A DNA stretch of 64,000 bases from Deltaproteobacteria bacterium (GTDB taxonomy: Bacteria; Myxococcota_A; Polyangia; Polyangiales; Houyiibacteriaceae). How positions within the stretch are numbered: position 1 is the stretch's first letter; each line of letters opens with the position of its first letter. The translations under genes and the position numbers were made by a program. Shown here piece after piece: positions 44,250-53,272 of this stretch. Below the pieces are notes generated by a model. It worked only from the letters and a program-made list of their open reading frames with translations. It did no database searches and had not been told where the DNA came from. The DNA is taken from assembly GCA_034670305.1 (NCBI GenBank), contig JAXMNT010000006.1:1-64000 (forward strand), read 5' to 3'.

Positions 44250-45668
44250 TCAGCTCTGGGGCGACTTTCGGCCGAGCGCCTTCGTCTTGGTCGCCGAAGC
44301 CAGAATGAGGAAGCCCACCCCACCAGAGAGCATGGAAGCCGCGAGAATGCCGATCTTGGCCGCGTCGATTTGCGCGATGTCGGTGAACGCGAGCTCGGCG
44401 ATGAAGAGCGCCATGGTGAAGCCGATGCCGCCGAGCGCGCCGACCCCGACGATCTGTTTCCACGTGACGCCCGTCGGGAGATCGGCGAAGCCGAGCTTAA
44501 CCGCCAGCCAGGCGAAGCTCGTGATCCCCACCGTCTTGCCCACGAAGAGCCCCAGTACGATGCCGAGTACCAGCTGGCTCCCGAGGCTCGCTCCGATGTC
44601 TCCGCTCAAGGTCACGCCCGCGTTGGCAAACGCAAACACCGGGAGCACCACGAACGTCACGGGCCCGTGCAGCATGTGTTCGATGCGCTGCAGCGGGGCG
44701 CTCGCGAAACCGATCGTTTCGTTCATCTTGCCGAGCAGGTGCTGCTGTGCGGGGCTGTTCATCTGCGTGTCCTGCGGCACGTCGCGTTCGATCCGCCCGA
44801 CGAGCAGGGACACGCGGGCGAGGAAGTCTCCGCCGTCGATGCGCGTGCGCGCCGGGATGGTGAACGCCATGAGGATCGCCGCCACCGTGGCGTGCACGCC
44901 GGACTCGAGGAACCCGAGCCAAGCGACGACACCCACCAGCAAGTAGGTCATCGGGTTGCGGGTGCCGAGCAGATTCAGCCCAACCGAGATCCCAGCACAC
45001 ACGAACCCCACCGCGAGCGCCACGAGCGAGAGCTCCGAGGTGTAGAAGACTGCGATCACCAAAACCGCGCCGATGTCGTCAACGATCGCGAGGGCGGTGA
45101 GGAAGACCTTGAGGCCGAGCGGCACGCGGTCTCCGAGCAGCGCGAGCACACCGAGCGCGAACGCGATGTCGGTCGCCATCGGGATCCCCCACCCAGCTTC
45201 GGCGGGTCCCGACTGGTTGAGCGCGTAGAAGATCGCTGCGGGCACGAGGATGCCCCCCAGCGCCGCTATCGCGGGCAGCGACGCTTTGCGTAGAGACGAC
45301 AGCTCGCCGACCAGTACCTCACGTTTGATCTCGAGACCGACGAGGAAGAAGAAGATCCCCATGAGGCCGTCGTTGACCCAGTGGTGGAGGCTCTTCGCGA
45401 AGGTGTGGCCCCCGAGGTGAAGTCCGACGTCCAGCTCCAGCAGGTGGTGGTAGCTGTGCTGCCAGCGGGAGTTCGCCCAGACCAGCGCGACCGCCGTGCC
45501 GATCATCAGCAGCGCGGCGCCCGCCAACTTGTGGCGGGCGAAGAGGGTGACCGGTTTGAGAATGCGGTCGATCGGCCGGGGGCGCGGAGACAGGGCTTTG
45601 GTGAGCGATGTGATCAGCGAATCTTCGGTCGACACAGGATCCTTCCGTGGGTACGTGCGGCCGCCCAT
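44250..45668 (-). CDS. nhaA: Na+/H+ antiporter NhaA
   Basis: WVNDGLMGIFFFLVGLEIKRE, GWGIPMATDIAFALG, LAIVDDIG, FANAGV, GIGFTMALFI. Confidence 0.97.
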   Translation of the reverse strand: MGGRTYPRKDPVSTEDSLITSLTKALSPRPRPIDRILKPVTLFARHKLAGAALLMIGTAVALVWANSRWQHSYHHLLELDVGLHLGGHTFAKSLHHWVNDGLMGIFFFLVGLEIKREVLVGELSSLRKASLPAIAALGGILVPAAIFYALNQSGPAEAGWGIPMATDIAFALGVLALLGDRVPLGLKVFLTALAIVDDIGAVLVIAVFYTSELSLVALAVGFVCAGISVGLNLLGTRNPMTYLLVGVVAWLGFLESGVHATVAAILMAFTIPARTRIDGGDFLARVSLLVGRIERDVPQDTQMNSPAQQHLLGKMNETIGFASAPLQRIEHMLHGPVTFVVLPVFAFANAGVTLSGDIGASLGSQLVLGIVLGLFVGKTVGITSFAWLAVKLGFADLPTGVTWKQIVGVGALGGIGFTMALFIAELAFTDIAQIDAAKIGILAASMLSGGVGFLILASATKTKALGRKSPQS

Positions 45669-45714
45669 GCCTGGGCACGGGCTTCACTTGGCGGTTGTGG
45701 ACTGCCGGTCAGGG

Positions 45715-46050
45715 TCAGGTGCCGGCGGTGACGCGGCTGCGTTCGACTCGCTCGATCCCATCCTGCAGCTGTCGGCGGGCCCGCTTGAGCGACTTCGAGA
45801 CCGCGTCGACGCGCGTTCGCTCCAACGCTCGGGCCACGACCGGTTCGCCGGCGTACCTCGGCGTGATCGTGAGCACACACTGCTGGTCGATTCCGCCCTT
45901 CGGGCCGTTCACGTCACTGAGCGAGACGCCCACTTCGCGGATCCGGTCCGCCAGTCGATCGAGGGCGTGACCGACCCGGCGCTCGATGTCGAGGATGGTG
46001 GCTTCTGGGTCGCTGGGTGCGACACCGACAAAACGTACGAGAACTTTCAC
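45715..46050 (-). CDS. HPF/RaiA-family (ribosome hibernation fold) protein
   Basis: LSDVNGPKGGIDQQC signature; GGAGGT RBS upstream of GTG 46050. Confidence 0.82.
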   Translation of the reverse strand: MKVLVRFVGVAPSDPEATILDIERRVGHALDRLADRIREVGVSLSDVNGPKGGIDQQCVLTITPRYAGEPVVARALERTRVDAVSKSLKRARRQLQDGIERVERSRVTAGT

Positions 46051-46072
46051 TGCGACCTCCTGGGTGAATGAC

Positions 46073-46240
46073 GGGTCCGTTCGTCGGACCCGAGCCAAAG
46101 CAAGCAAGCGGTCACGTGGATCGACAGCCGCGGGTGCGGCTGGATCCTCGGGATGCGTGACCAGAGAAGCTCAGAGCCGACTTCGCCCGTGGGCGAAGGC
46201 GGCTCTCAGTGTCGTCGTGGAAGGAACACCCTCACGTCGC
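46073..46240 (-). promoter_or_regulatory. structured 5' leader upstream of the HPF-like gene and nhaA
   Basis: Three stem-loops at 46073-46091, 46110-46162 and 46173-46206. Confidence 0.5.
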
Positions 46241-46277
46241 AGAACCTAGGGCCACCGCACCCCAGGACCAGTCCCGA

Positions 46278-46639
46278 CCAAGAATATTCGGAAGCTCCTG
46301 GAGCAGGGAGTGTCTTCAAAGCCCGGCGAAGCCGGGGCTCACGTACACGTGCACGTACTCGTAGACGTGCACGTATTCGTGAGCGTCCTCGTACCCGTTC
46401 AGCACATCTTGGAGAGCATCGAGACCACCCGAACGAGGAGCTGCCCTCGCGGTGAGTCTGCTCGCCCCCAAGAAATATTCGGAAGCTGGGAGTGTCTTCA
46501 AAGCCCGGCGAAGCCGGGCTCACGTACACGTGCACGTGCACGTACTCGTAGACGTGCACGTATTCGTAAGCGTCCTCGTACCCGTTCAGCACATCTTGGA
46601 GAGCATCGAGAGCTTTTTGCCCTCGCAGTGAGTCTGCTC
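46278..46639. repeat. imperfect tandem duplication of a ~185-bp cassette (46278-46463 and 46468-46639)
   Basis: Near-identical copies differing by 6 indels and 2 substitutions; each has a GAA-loop hairpin and a GTNNNC hexamer array. Confidence 0.95.
46399..46463 (-). pseudogene. frameshifted 3' remnant of a four-helix-bundle (23S rRNA IVP/Avd-like) gene, copy 1
   Basis: EQTHREG / frameshift / LLVRVVSMLSKMC*. Confidence 0.7.
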
Positions 46640-46705
46640 ATCGAGCAACTCGATCACGCGCAGGGCGTCAAGGAGCGCCCCGCACTCCATCGCGGAGCCG
46701 CGCGA
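46586..46705 (-). pseudogene. 3' remnant of a four-helix-bundle (23S rRNA IVP/Avd-like) gene, copy 2
   Basis: SRGSAMECGALLDALRVIELLDEQTHCEGKKLSMLSKMC*; RGSAxEC and SMLSKM fit the family's last two helices; N-terminal half absent. Confidence 0.78.
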
Positions 46706-46981
46706 GCATTTCTTGGGAGCACAGCCGTCCCGGTGACGCCGCTGGCTCGCTTCGCGAGGCTGCACGCTGTCGAATATTCGAGGTGCGCTTGCGTTGGTTC
46801 AGAGCGACCGTGATACCCAACGCCAACCCGCGCCGTTCGCAGTGTCCGCACGTTGCGCCACGGCCAGAGCGCATTTCGCGATCCTTCTTCTCGGGCATAC
46901 CGAAAACTGGCCCAGGTGGGTTTCGCTCGGTACCAGCAAGGTGGGCCGGTCGCGCGTGTGCGTGGCCCCCGCGGAGGTTCG

Positions 46982-49426
46982 ATGGACGTGAACGGGATCG
47001 TGGCGCAGGCGAAGCGACAGGCACGGAGGCGCAACCAGCTGCCTTCGACCGCGCACCTGCTCTTGGTGATGCTCCAGCGCGGATGTGTCGCGGGAGATCT
47101 GCTGGGCCGCCACGGGGTCCGCGAGAGCGATCTTCTAAGCGCCCTCAAAGTCATCGATCCCGAAACGGACAGCACCCTCGATCGCGTCATCGAACGCACC
47201 CGAAAGATCGCGTCCCGCCACGGCGATCTGCCGCCCGGTCCGCTGCACCTGCTCTTGGCGATCACCAAAGACACCCGCACCGCCGGTCACCGCAGCCTCG
47301 ACAAGATCGGCGCGGGCCCAGGTCGCGTCGCGGATGAGCTGCGGCAGCGCCTGCAGGTGCCCGATGCGCAACCGCCTGCACGCCCCCGGGAGCGCGACGA
47401 GGTCGCGGGCACCCGCGCGCCCCGCCGTCAGCCGACCATGCCCCGCCGGACGCGGCGTGGACCGGCGAACGCGAAGATCCCGAAGCACGACCCGCTACCG
47501 GACGCGAGCTCGCTGATGGCGAGCTTGGAGCCGTCACCGATCGAGTCGCAACCACCGCCTCCGATGCATCCCAAGCGGACCAGCGACCGCAAGAGCAACC
47601 GGCCGCGCGCGCGCCGTGACGCGGAGTCGAGTGCGCCGCTGCCGCCGGATCTGAACGTGCCGATGGGTCCGTTCGATCTCGATCCGAAACACTTCCCCGT
47701 CCTCTGCGGTCTCGGTCGCAACCTCACCGCGCTCGCCGCGGACGGCCGGTTCGACCCGGTCGTCGGCCGCGACGAAGAGATCGAGCTGTTGCTCGATGTC
47801 TTGGCGCGCCGGCGCTCGAACAACCCGGTCGTCGTCGGTCCGCCCGGCGTCGGCAAGACCGCCATCGTCGAAGGGCTGGCGCAGTGTCTCGCCGATGGCG
47901 GCGACGGAGTGCACGGGCTCGAAGGCAAGATCGTCATCGAGATGTCCGCCGGCAGTCTGGTCAGCGGCACCGGCGTGCGCGGTGCGCTCGCCGACAAGAT
48001 GCGTGCGCTCCGGGAAGAAGTGCTCCGCGCCGCAGGCCGCGTGATCCTCTTCATCGACGAGATCCACGCCATCGTCGGTGGCGACGGTCCCGACGGACTC
48101 GCGAGCGAACTGAAGTCGTCCCTCGCGCGCGGCGAACTTCCCTGCATCGGCGCCACCACCGACGCCGAGTACCGACAGCACTTCGAACGCGACGCCGCCC
48201 TCGCGCGCCGGTTCAGTCCGATCCGTGTCGACGAGCCAAGCCACGAAGCGACCGCGTCGATCCTCGCGGGCGTGGCGCCGCGCTACGCGTCCCACCACGA
48301 GGTGAAGTACGACGACGACGCGCTGCACGCGTCCATCGCACTGAGCGTGCGTTTCCTTCCGGAGCGCCGCCTGCCCGACAAAGCGATCGGCGTGCTCGAT
48401 CTCGCTGGCGCGCGGGTGCGCCGGCGAGGCGGAAAGCGCGTGGACCGCGCGGCGGTGGCTTCGGTCATTGCCGAGCAGGCCCGCGTGCCCGTCGAGCGCC
48501 TCCTGATGCGCGACGGAGAACGGCTCGAACGGCTCGAGTCGTTGCTCGGTGAGCGCGTCGTCGGACATGGCCACGCGATGACCCGCATCGCGGACTCGTT
48601 GCGCCGAGGCGCCGCGGGCTTTCGCGGCAAACGCCCGCTCGGCACGTTCTTGTTTCTCGGACCGACCGGCGTCGGCAAGACCGAGACCGCCAAAGCGATC
48701 AGCGACGTGTTCTTCGGCTGCCCGATGACGCGCCTCGACATGAGCGAGCTCGGCGAGTCGCACTCGGCTGCCCGCATGCTCGGTGCGCCGCCCGGCTACG
48801 TCGGCCACGACTCCGGCGGCCAGCTCACCGAAGCGGTCCGCCGCCGTCCGTACCAGCTCGTGCTGCTCGACGAGATCGAGAAAGCGCACCCGGAGGTGTT
48901 GCTCTCGCTGCTTCCGTTGCTCGACGAAGGCCGACTCACGGACGGCAAGGGACGCACCTCCGACTTCACGAACACCATCATCGTGATGACCTCGAACCTC
49001 GGCGTGCAGGTGTCCACGAAGCGCCGGGTCGGGTTCGGGGAAGAAGCGTCCAGCGTGAACCCGATCGCCGAAGCCGCGCGCCGCGCGCTCCCGCCCGAGT
49101 TGTGGAACCGCATCGACGAACCGATCGTGTTCGCGCCGCTCGACCGCGACGAAGTCCGCGAGATCGGCCGCCGCCTGCTCGGCGCGGTGGGCCGCGATCT
49201 CATGGCGCGCGCCCGCATCGAACTCGAGATCGACGACACCGCCGTGGAGGCGTTGCTCGAGGCGGGCGGCTTCGACCCGACCCTCGGCGCGCGCCCCATG
49301 CGCCGCACCGTCAGCCGGCTCGTCGAGTCCCCGCTCGCATCGCTCATCCTGTCCGGGAAGATCGACGCAGGCGCGAAAGTTCGCGTCCGTGGCGACGGAG
49401 CGAGCGTCGAGTTCGACGTGGTGTAG
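46982..49426 (+). CDS. class I Clp/Hsp100 ATP-binding subunit (ClpA/ClpC-like)
   Basis: Clp N-domain, NBD1 GPPGVGKT/FIDEIH, NBD2 GPTGVGKT/LLDEIEKAHP, GYVG, VGF loop; GGAGG RBS. Confidence 0.93.
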   Translation: MDVNGIVAQAKRQARRRNQLPSTAHLLLVMLQRGCVAGDLLGRHGVRESDLLSALKVIDPETDSTLDRVIERTRKIASRHGDLPPGPLHLLLAITKDTRTAGHRSLDKIGAGPGRVADELRQRLQVPDAQPPARPRERDEVAGTRAPRRQPTMPRRTRRGPANAKIPKHDPLPDASSLMASLEPSPIESQPPPPMHPKRTSDRKSNRPRARRDAESSAPLPPDLNVPMGPFDLDPKHFPVLCGLGRNLTALAADGRFDPVVGRDEEIELLLDVLARRRSNNPVVVGPPGVGKTAIVEGLAQCLADGGDGVHGLEGKIVIEMSAGSLVSGTGVRGALADKMRALREEVLRAAGRVILFIDEIHAIVGGDGPDGLASELKSSLARGELPCIGATTDAEYRQHFERDAALARRFSPIRVDEPSHEATASILAGVAPRYASHHEVKYDDDALHASIALSVRFLPERRLPDKAIGVLDLAGARVRRRGGKRVDRAAVASVIAEQARVPVERLLMRDGERLERLESLLGERVVGHGHAMTRIADSLRRGAAGFRGKRPLGTFLFLGPTGVGKTETAKAISDVFFGCPMTRLDMSELGESHSAARMLGAPPGYVGHDSGGQLTEAVRRRPYQLVLLDEIEKAHPEVLLSLLPLLDEGRLTDGKGRTSDFTNTIIVMTSNLGVQVSTKRRVGFGEEASSVNPIAEAARRALPPELWNRIDEPIVFAPLDRDEVREIGRRLLGAVGRDLMARARIELEIDDTAVEALLEAGGFDPTLGARPMRRTVSRLVESPLASLILSGKIDAGAKVRVRGDGASVEFDVV

Positions 49427-49516
49427 TGGCCGTAGCCAGTTCGTGACGGAAGCAACGGCGGCGGCATCAACGCCGTCGGTACTGCCGCACGCGCTCGGCG
49501 TGGGTATGCTCCCGGC

Positions 49517-50179
49517 GTGGCAACCTCCATCCCCCCGGTCCCCACGCGACGCATCACCGCAACCGCGTTCGCGCTGCTCGCACTGACGGGATGCCCCGAC
49601 GCCGAGGTCGGTCCAGGCGCCACGCCGGAGTCGCCATTCGCGCCGAGGGGCGTCGCGGCCAATGGCAACGGCGCTGACTTTGGGAATCGCAGCGCCGGCC
49701 TGCCTGGCATCGCACCCGTGGCCGACGACCGCCCACGCCACGCGACCGAGTCCCCCGCCCTACGCCCGGCGCTTCCCGACGGAGTCGATGTACGCGTCAC
49801 GCGCGTCACCGACGGCGACACCGTGCACATCGAATACGAAGGCCGGGACGAACGGCTTCGCTACATCGGCGTGAACACCCCGGAGACCGCGCACTCGCCG
49901 CGCGGCCTCGAGCCCTACGGCAACGAAGCCACCGAACTCAACGCCTCCCTCGTGGGCGGCCAGACCGTGCGCCTCGTCCTCGGCCGCGACCCGCGCGACC
50001 GCTACGACCGGTTGCTCGGTTACGTCTACCTCCAGGACGGAACGTTCGTGAACGCGGCGCTGGTCGAACGCGGCTACGCCCGCGTGATGACCGTGCGCCC
50101 GAACAACGAGTTCGAACCCCTCTTCCGCCGCCTCGAGAACGAAGCCCGCACCGCCCGCCGCGGCCTCTGGTCGCGCTGA
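49517..50179 (+). CDS. thermonuclease (SNase-like) lipoprotein
   Basis: Lipobox ALTG-C; VTDGDT, RLRYIGVNTPE, DRYDRLLGYV, EARTARRGLW. Confidence 0.92.
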   Translation: MATSIPPVPTRRITATAFALLALTGCPDAEVGPGATPESPFAPRGVAANGNGADFGNRSAGLPGIAPVADDRPRHATESPALRPALPDGVDVRVTRVTDGDTVHIEYEGRDERLRYIGVNTPETAHSPRGLEPYGNEATELNASLVGGQTVRLVLGRDPRDRYDRLLGYVYLQDGTFVNAALVERGYARVMTVRPNNEFEPLFRRLENEARTARRGLWSR

Positions 50180-50194
50180 CGCTCGCATCGGACG

Positions 50195-50330
50195 GGCATC
50201 GGTGTCGGCTTCGGGATCGGTGTCGGGATCGGCGTCGGATTCGGCTTCGGATTCGGCTTCGGATTCGGCTTCGGGATCGGCTTCGGGTTCGGGTTCGGCT
50301 TCGGCTTCGGCTTCGGAGTCCGCCTCGGAG
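50195..50330 (+). repeat. (TCGGCT/TCGGAT/TCGGGA)n hexamer array
   Basis: About 20 hexamers between convergent genes; no GGGCAA tail. Confidence 0.92.
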
Positions 50331-50393
50331 CCTCACGTACACGGGATCCCTCCTGCCGAGCCCTCGTCACGTCAAGCGAGTGTCTCGTGCTGC

Positions 50394-51623
50394 TCAGCCG
50401 CCGCTGTGTATTTCGTCGGCGCCTTCGGGGGGTTGGGCGTTTGTCAGGCGGTCGATGAGGAAACCCTCTGGGAGACTGACCTTTTGCGTGCCCGCCGTCT
50501 TGCCTCGCTGCACGCGCATCGCGGTAGGGGGGAACGGCTCGTCGGGGTCGCGGGCTCGGAGGATCTCTTCGAGCTCGACCAGGGTCTTGGTTTGCATGAG
50601 GCGCTGGCGGAAGGACGCGCTGCCGCGGAAGCCCTTCGTGTACCAGGTGGCGTGGCGGCGGAAGGCGCGCATCGCGGGGCCTTCGCCCATCCACTCCGCG
50701 AGGTCTTTCGCGTGGCGGAGCATGGCGTCGACGATGGCGCCGAAGCGGGGCGGGTCTTGCGGCTGTCGGCCTTCGAAGACGTCGGTGAGATCGCGGAACA
50801 GCCAGGGGCGGCCGAGGCAGCCGCGGCCAACAACGACTCCGTCGCAGCCGGTCTCACGCATCATGCGCAGCGCGTCCCACGCTTCCCAGATGTCGCCGTT
50901 GCCGAGCACGGGGATGGAGGTGACGAGCGACTTGAGGTGCGCGATCGCATCCCAGCGGGCTTCGCCGTCGTAGAGCTGCGCCGCGGTGCGCGCGTGCAGC
51001 GCGATGGCCGCGCAGCCTTCGTCTTCGCCGATGCGGCCGGCGTCTTCGTACGTGAGCAAGTCCTCGTCGATGCCCATGCGGAACTTGATCGTGACCGGCA
51101 CGTCTCCTGAGTTCTTCACTGCCGCGCGCACGATGTCGCGCAACAAGAGGGGCCGCGCGGGGATGGCGGAGCCGCCGCCTTTGCGGGTGACCTTCCGGAC
51201 GGGGCAGCCGAAGTTCATGTCGATGTGATCGACCCGCCCTTCGCCGACCAGACGTTTGACCGCTTCGCCGACGTAATAGGGATCGACCCCGTAGAGCTGG
51301 AGACTGCGCGGGGATTCTTCGGGTCCGAAGTCCGCGAGACGGAGTGTCTTCTCGCGCCCGTCGACGAGTGGGCGCGCGGTGATCATCTCGGAGACGAAGA
51401 GTGCGTTCGCGCTGGTCTCCGCCGCGCTGCTGTCAGCCCGCGGTTCGGGGCTGCGGGCGAAGTCGGCGCAGAGGGTGCGAAAGGGCCAGTTGGTCACCCC
51501 GGCCATCGGCGCGAGCACGACCGGCGGCCAGACACGGATCGGTCCCACGTCGAACGAGGAGAACTCGCCCGCCTTCGCCACCGTGACGTCGCGGTTGATG
51601 TTGCCTTTGTAGATGGGATCCAT
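50394..51623 (-). CDS. dusB: tRNA dihydrouridine synthase DusB-like
   Basis: [57 protein letters not shown]. Confidence 0.93.
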   Translation of the reverse strand: MDPIYKGNINRDVTVAKAGEFSSFDVGPIRVWPPVVLAPMAGVTNWPFRTLCADFARSPEPRADSSAAETSANALFVSEMITARPLVDGREKTLRLADFGPEESPRSLQLYGVDPYYVGEAVKRLVGEGRVDHIDMNFGCPVRKVTRKGGGSAIPARPLLLRDIVRAAVKNSGDVPVTIKFRMGIDEDLLTYEDAGRIGEDEGCAAIALHARTAAQLYDGEARWDAIAHLKSLVTSIPVLGNGDIWEAWDALRMMRETGCDGVVVGRGCLGRPWLFRDLTDVFEGRQPQDPPRFGAIVDAMLRHAKDLAEWMGEGPAMRAFRRHATWYTKGFRGSASFRQRLMQTKTLVELEEILRARDPDEPFPPTAMRVQRGKTAGTQKVSLPEGFLIDRLTNAQPPEGADEIHSGG

Positions 51624-51667
51624 CGGGAGCCCTCTCCATAACGCGTGGAGACCGATCGCGCCCGGAC

Positions 51668-51875
<208 letters not shown>

Positions 51876-51885
51876 CCGACGGGGG

Positions 51886-53253
51886 CTACCGCTTGGAGGT
51901 GAACCGCAGGTTCGCGCGGAGCGGCTTTTTGCGGTTCTGTTTGGCCAGCCGCTTCGTCAATCGATGGACCCGGCGGTCGCGGGGTTCTTCGTCTTCTTCC
52001 GCGGCCGTATGGAGCGCGTGCACGAGCGCGGGCACGGTGCGTTTTTGGCGGCGCTCGTACATCTTGCTGAGTTCGAGGTGGACGAACGCGCGGCGTTCGG
52101 GCGGTGCAGCTTCGAGTGCCTTTTGGAGCGCGAGTTGTTCTGCCGCGATGAGGCCGCCGCGTTTGGCGGTGCGGGCGAGGACGAGCAATGCGTCGAGGGT
52201 GTTGTCGGCGTTGCCGCCGCCTTCGGCTGCAGCGGTGGCGAACTGCTCCGCGCGCTCCATGTCGCCGGCGCGTTCGGCGACGCGGGCGAAGGCGAGGTGG
52301 TCGCGGGGATCGTCTTCTCGGCGGACTTGTTGGAACCGGCGGGCGAGCTCTCCGAGGATGGCCGCGAGGGCGACCAAGTCGTGGCCGTTGTGTTCGAGCA
52401 CTCCGTCGAGACGGCCTGGATCGGCGGTGCGCAAGAAACGGAGGTAGATGCCGGGGATCTCGGCGCCACTCACGTCGTGTTCGCGCACGAAGCCGAGCAG
52501 CTCACGCTCCATGTCGACGAGCCGCACCCGGTCGAGGCGTTTCTTGAACACGCGACGTGCGCAGTGCAGCAAGTCGAGGTGCGGCGGGATCGGCGGGGTG
52601 GGCACGCGGTTCATCACGTAGCGGGTGCGGAGCAGCGGCCAGTCGAAGCTCTTGCCGTTGTAGCTGACGATGCAGCTGGCGTTGCGGATGCGGTCGGCGA
52701 GGTGTTCGAGCATCGGTCGCTCGTGGCCGAGTTTGGTCAAGACCAGCTGCTCGACGCAGAGCGATTCGTCTTCGAAGAACGCGACGCCGATCAGAAACGC
52801 GACGGTGCCGGCTGCGGTGCTCAGACCGGTGGTCTCGGTGTCGATCAAGAGCATGCGCGAGAGGTCGACGCCGTCGAATACTGGATCGAGCGCGAGCTCC
52901 GCGACCAAGGTGGAGGACGCTTCGAGCGCGCTCGCGGCCCGCACGACGCCGTGGGTGTCGGCGGGCTGCAGCCAGGTGCGCGCGAAGTGCACCGGACCGT
53001 GCGGCGTCTCTTCCACCGCGCCGGGCAGCTCCTTGCCGGAGTGCACCGCGGGCAGACGCGCGGTCCGGGACAGGCGCGAGGCGAGCAGCGAACCGGCGCT
53101 CGCGGGCGGACGCTTCTCCTGCGCCGCCGCCATCTTCTGAAGCAGCTCGCGGGCGCGATCGAGACGCGTACCGACCGAGTCTTCCTCCACCGGGGGTGCC
53201 GGCATCTTCACCACCGGCGCGAGCCGATCGAGTTTGTCGCGGAAGCTGCCCAT
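51886..53253 (-). CDS. RNase H-like DEDDh exonuclease with TPR (YprB/MrfB-like)
   Basis: [37 protein letters not shown]-terminal TPR-like helices. Confidence 0.88.
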   Translation of the reverse strand: MGSFRDKLDRLAPVVKMPAPPVEEDSVGTRLDRARELLQKMAAAQEKRPPASAGSLLASRLSRTARLPAVHSGKELPGAVEETPHGPVHFARTWLQPADTHGVVRAASALEASSTLVAELALDPVFDGVDLSRMLLIDTETTGLSTAAGTVAFLIGVAFFEDESLCVEQLVLTKLGHERPMLEHLADRIRNASCIVSYNGKSFDWPLLRTRYVMNRVPTPPIPPHLDLLHCARRVFKKRLDRVRLVDMERELLGFVREHDVSGAEIPGIYLRFLRTADPGRLDGVLEHNGHDLVALAAILGELARRFQQVRREDDPRDHLAFARVAERAGDMERAEQFATAAAEGGGNADNTLDALLVLARTAKRGGLIAAEQLALQKALEAAPPERRAFVHLELSKMYERRQKRTVPALVHALHTAAEEDEEPRDRRVHRLTKRLAKQNRKKPLRANLRFTSKR

Positions 53254-53272
53254 CAGAACTGCGAGTCCCGCT

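Noticed and set aside
46278-46639. Possible CRISPR array
   Set aside because: Only two long copies, no repeat-spacer periodicity and no cas genes.
46278-46717. Possible DGR template/variable repeat pair (Avd-like remnant, hairpin, both substitutions are A versus G)
   Set aside because: No reverse transcriptase or target gene in the window; differences are mostly indels, and two substitutions are too few to show adenine-specific mutagenesis.
46982-49426. Calling the Clp ATPase ClpB or T6SS ClpV
   Set aside because: No ClpB middle domain, a VGF loop is present, and there are no T6SS genes nearby.
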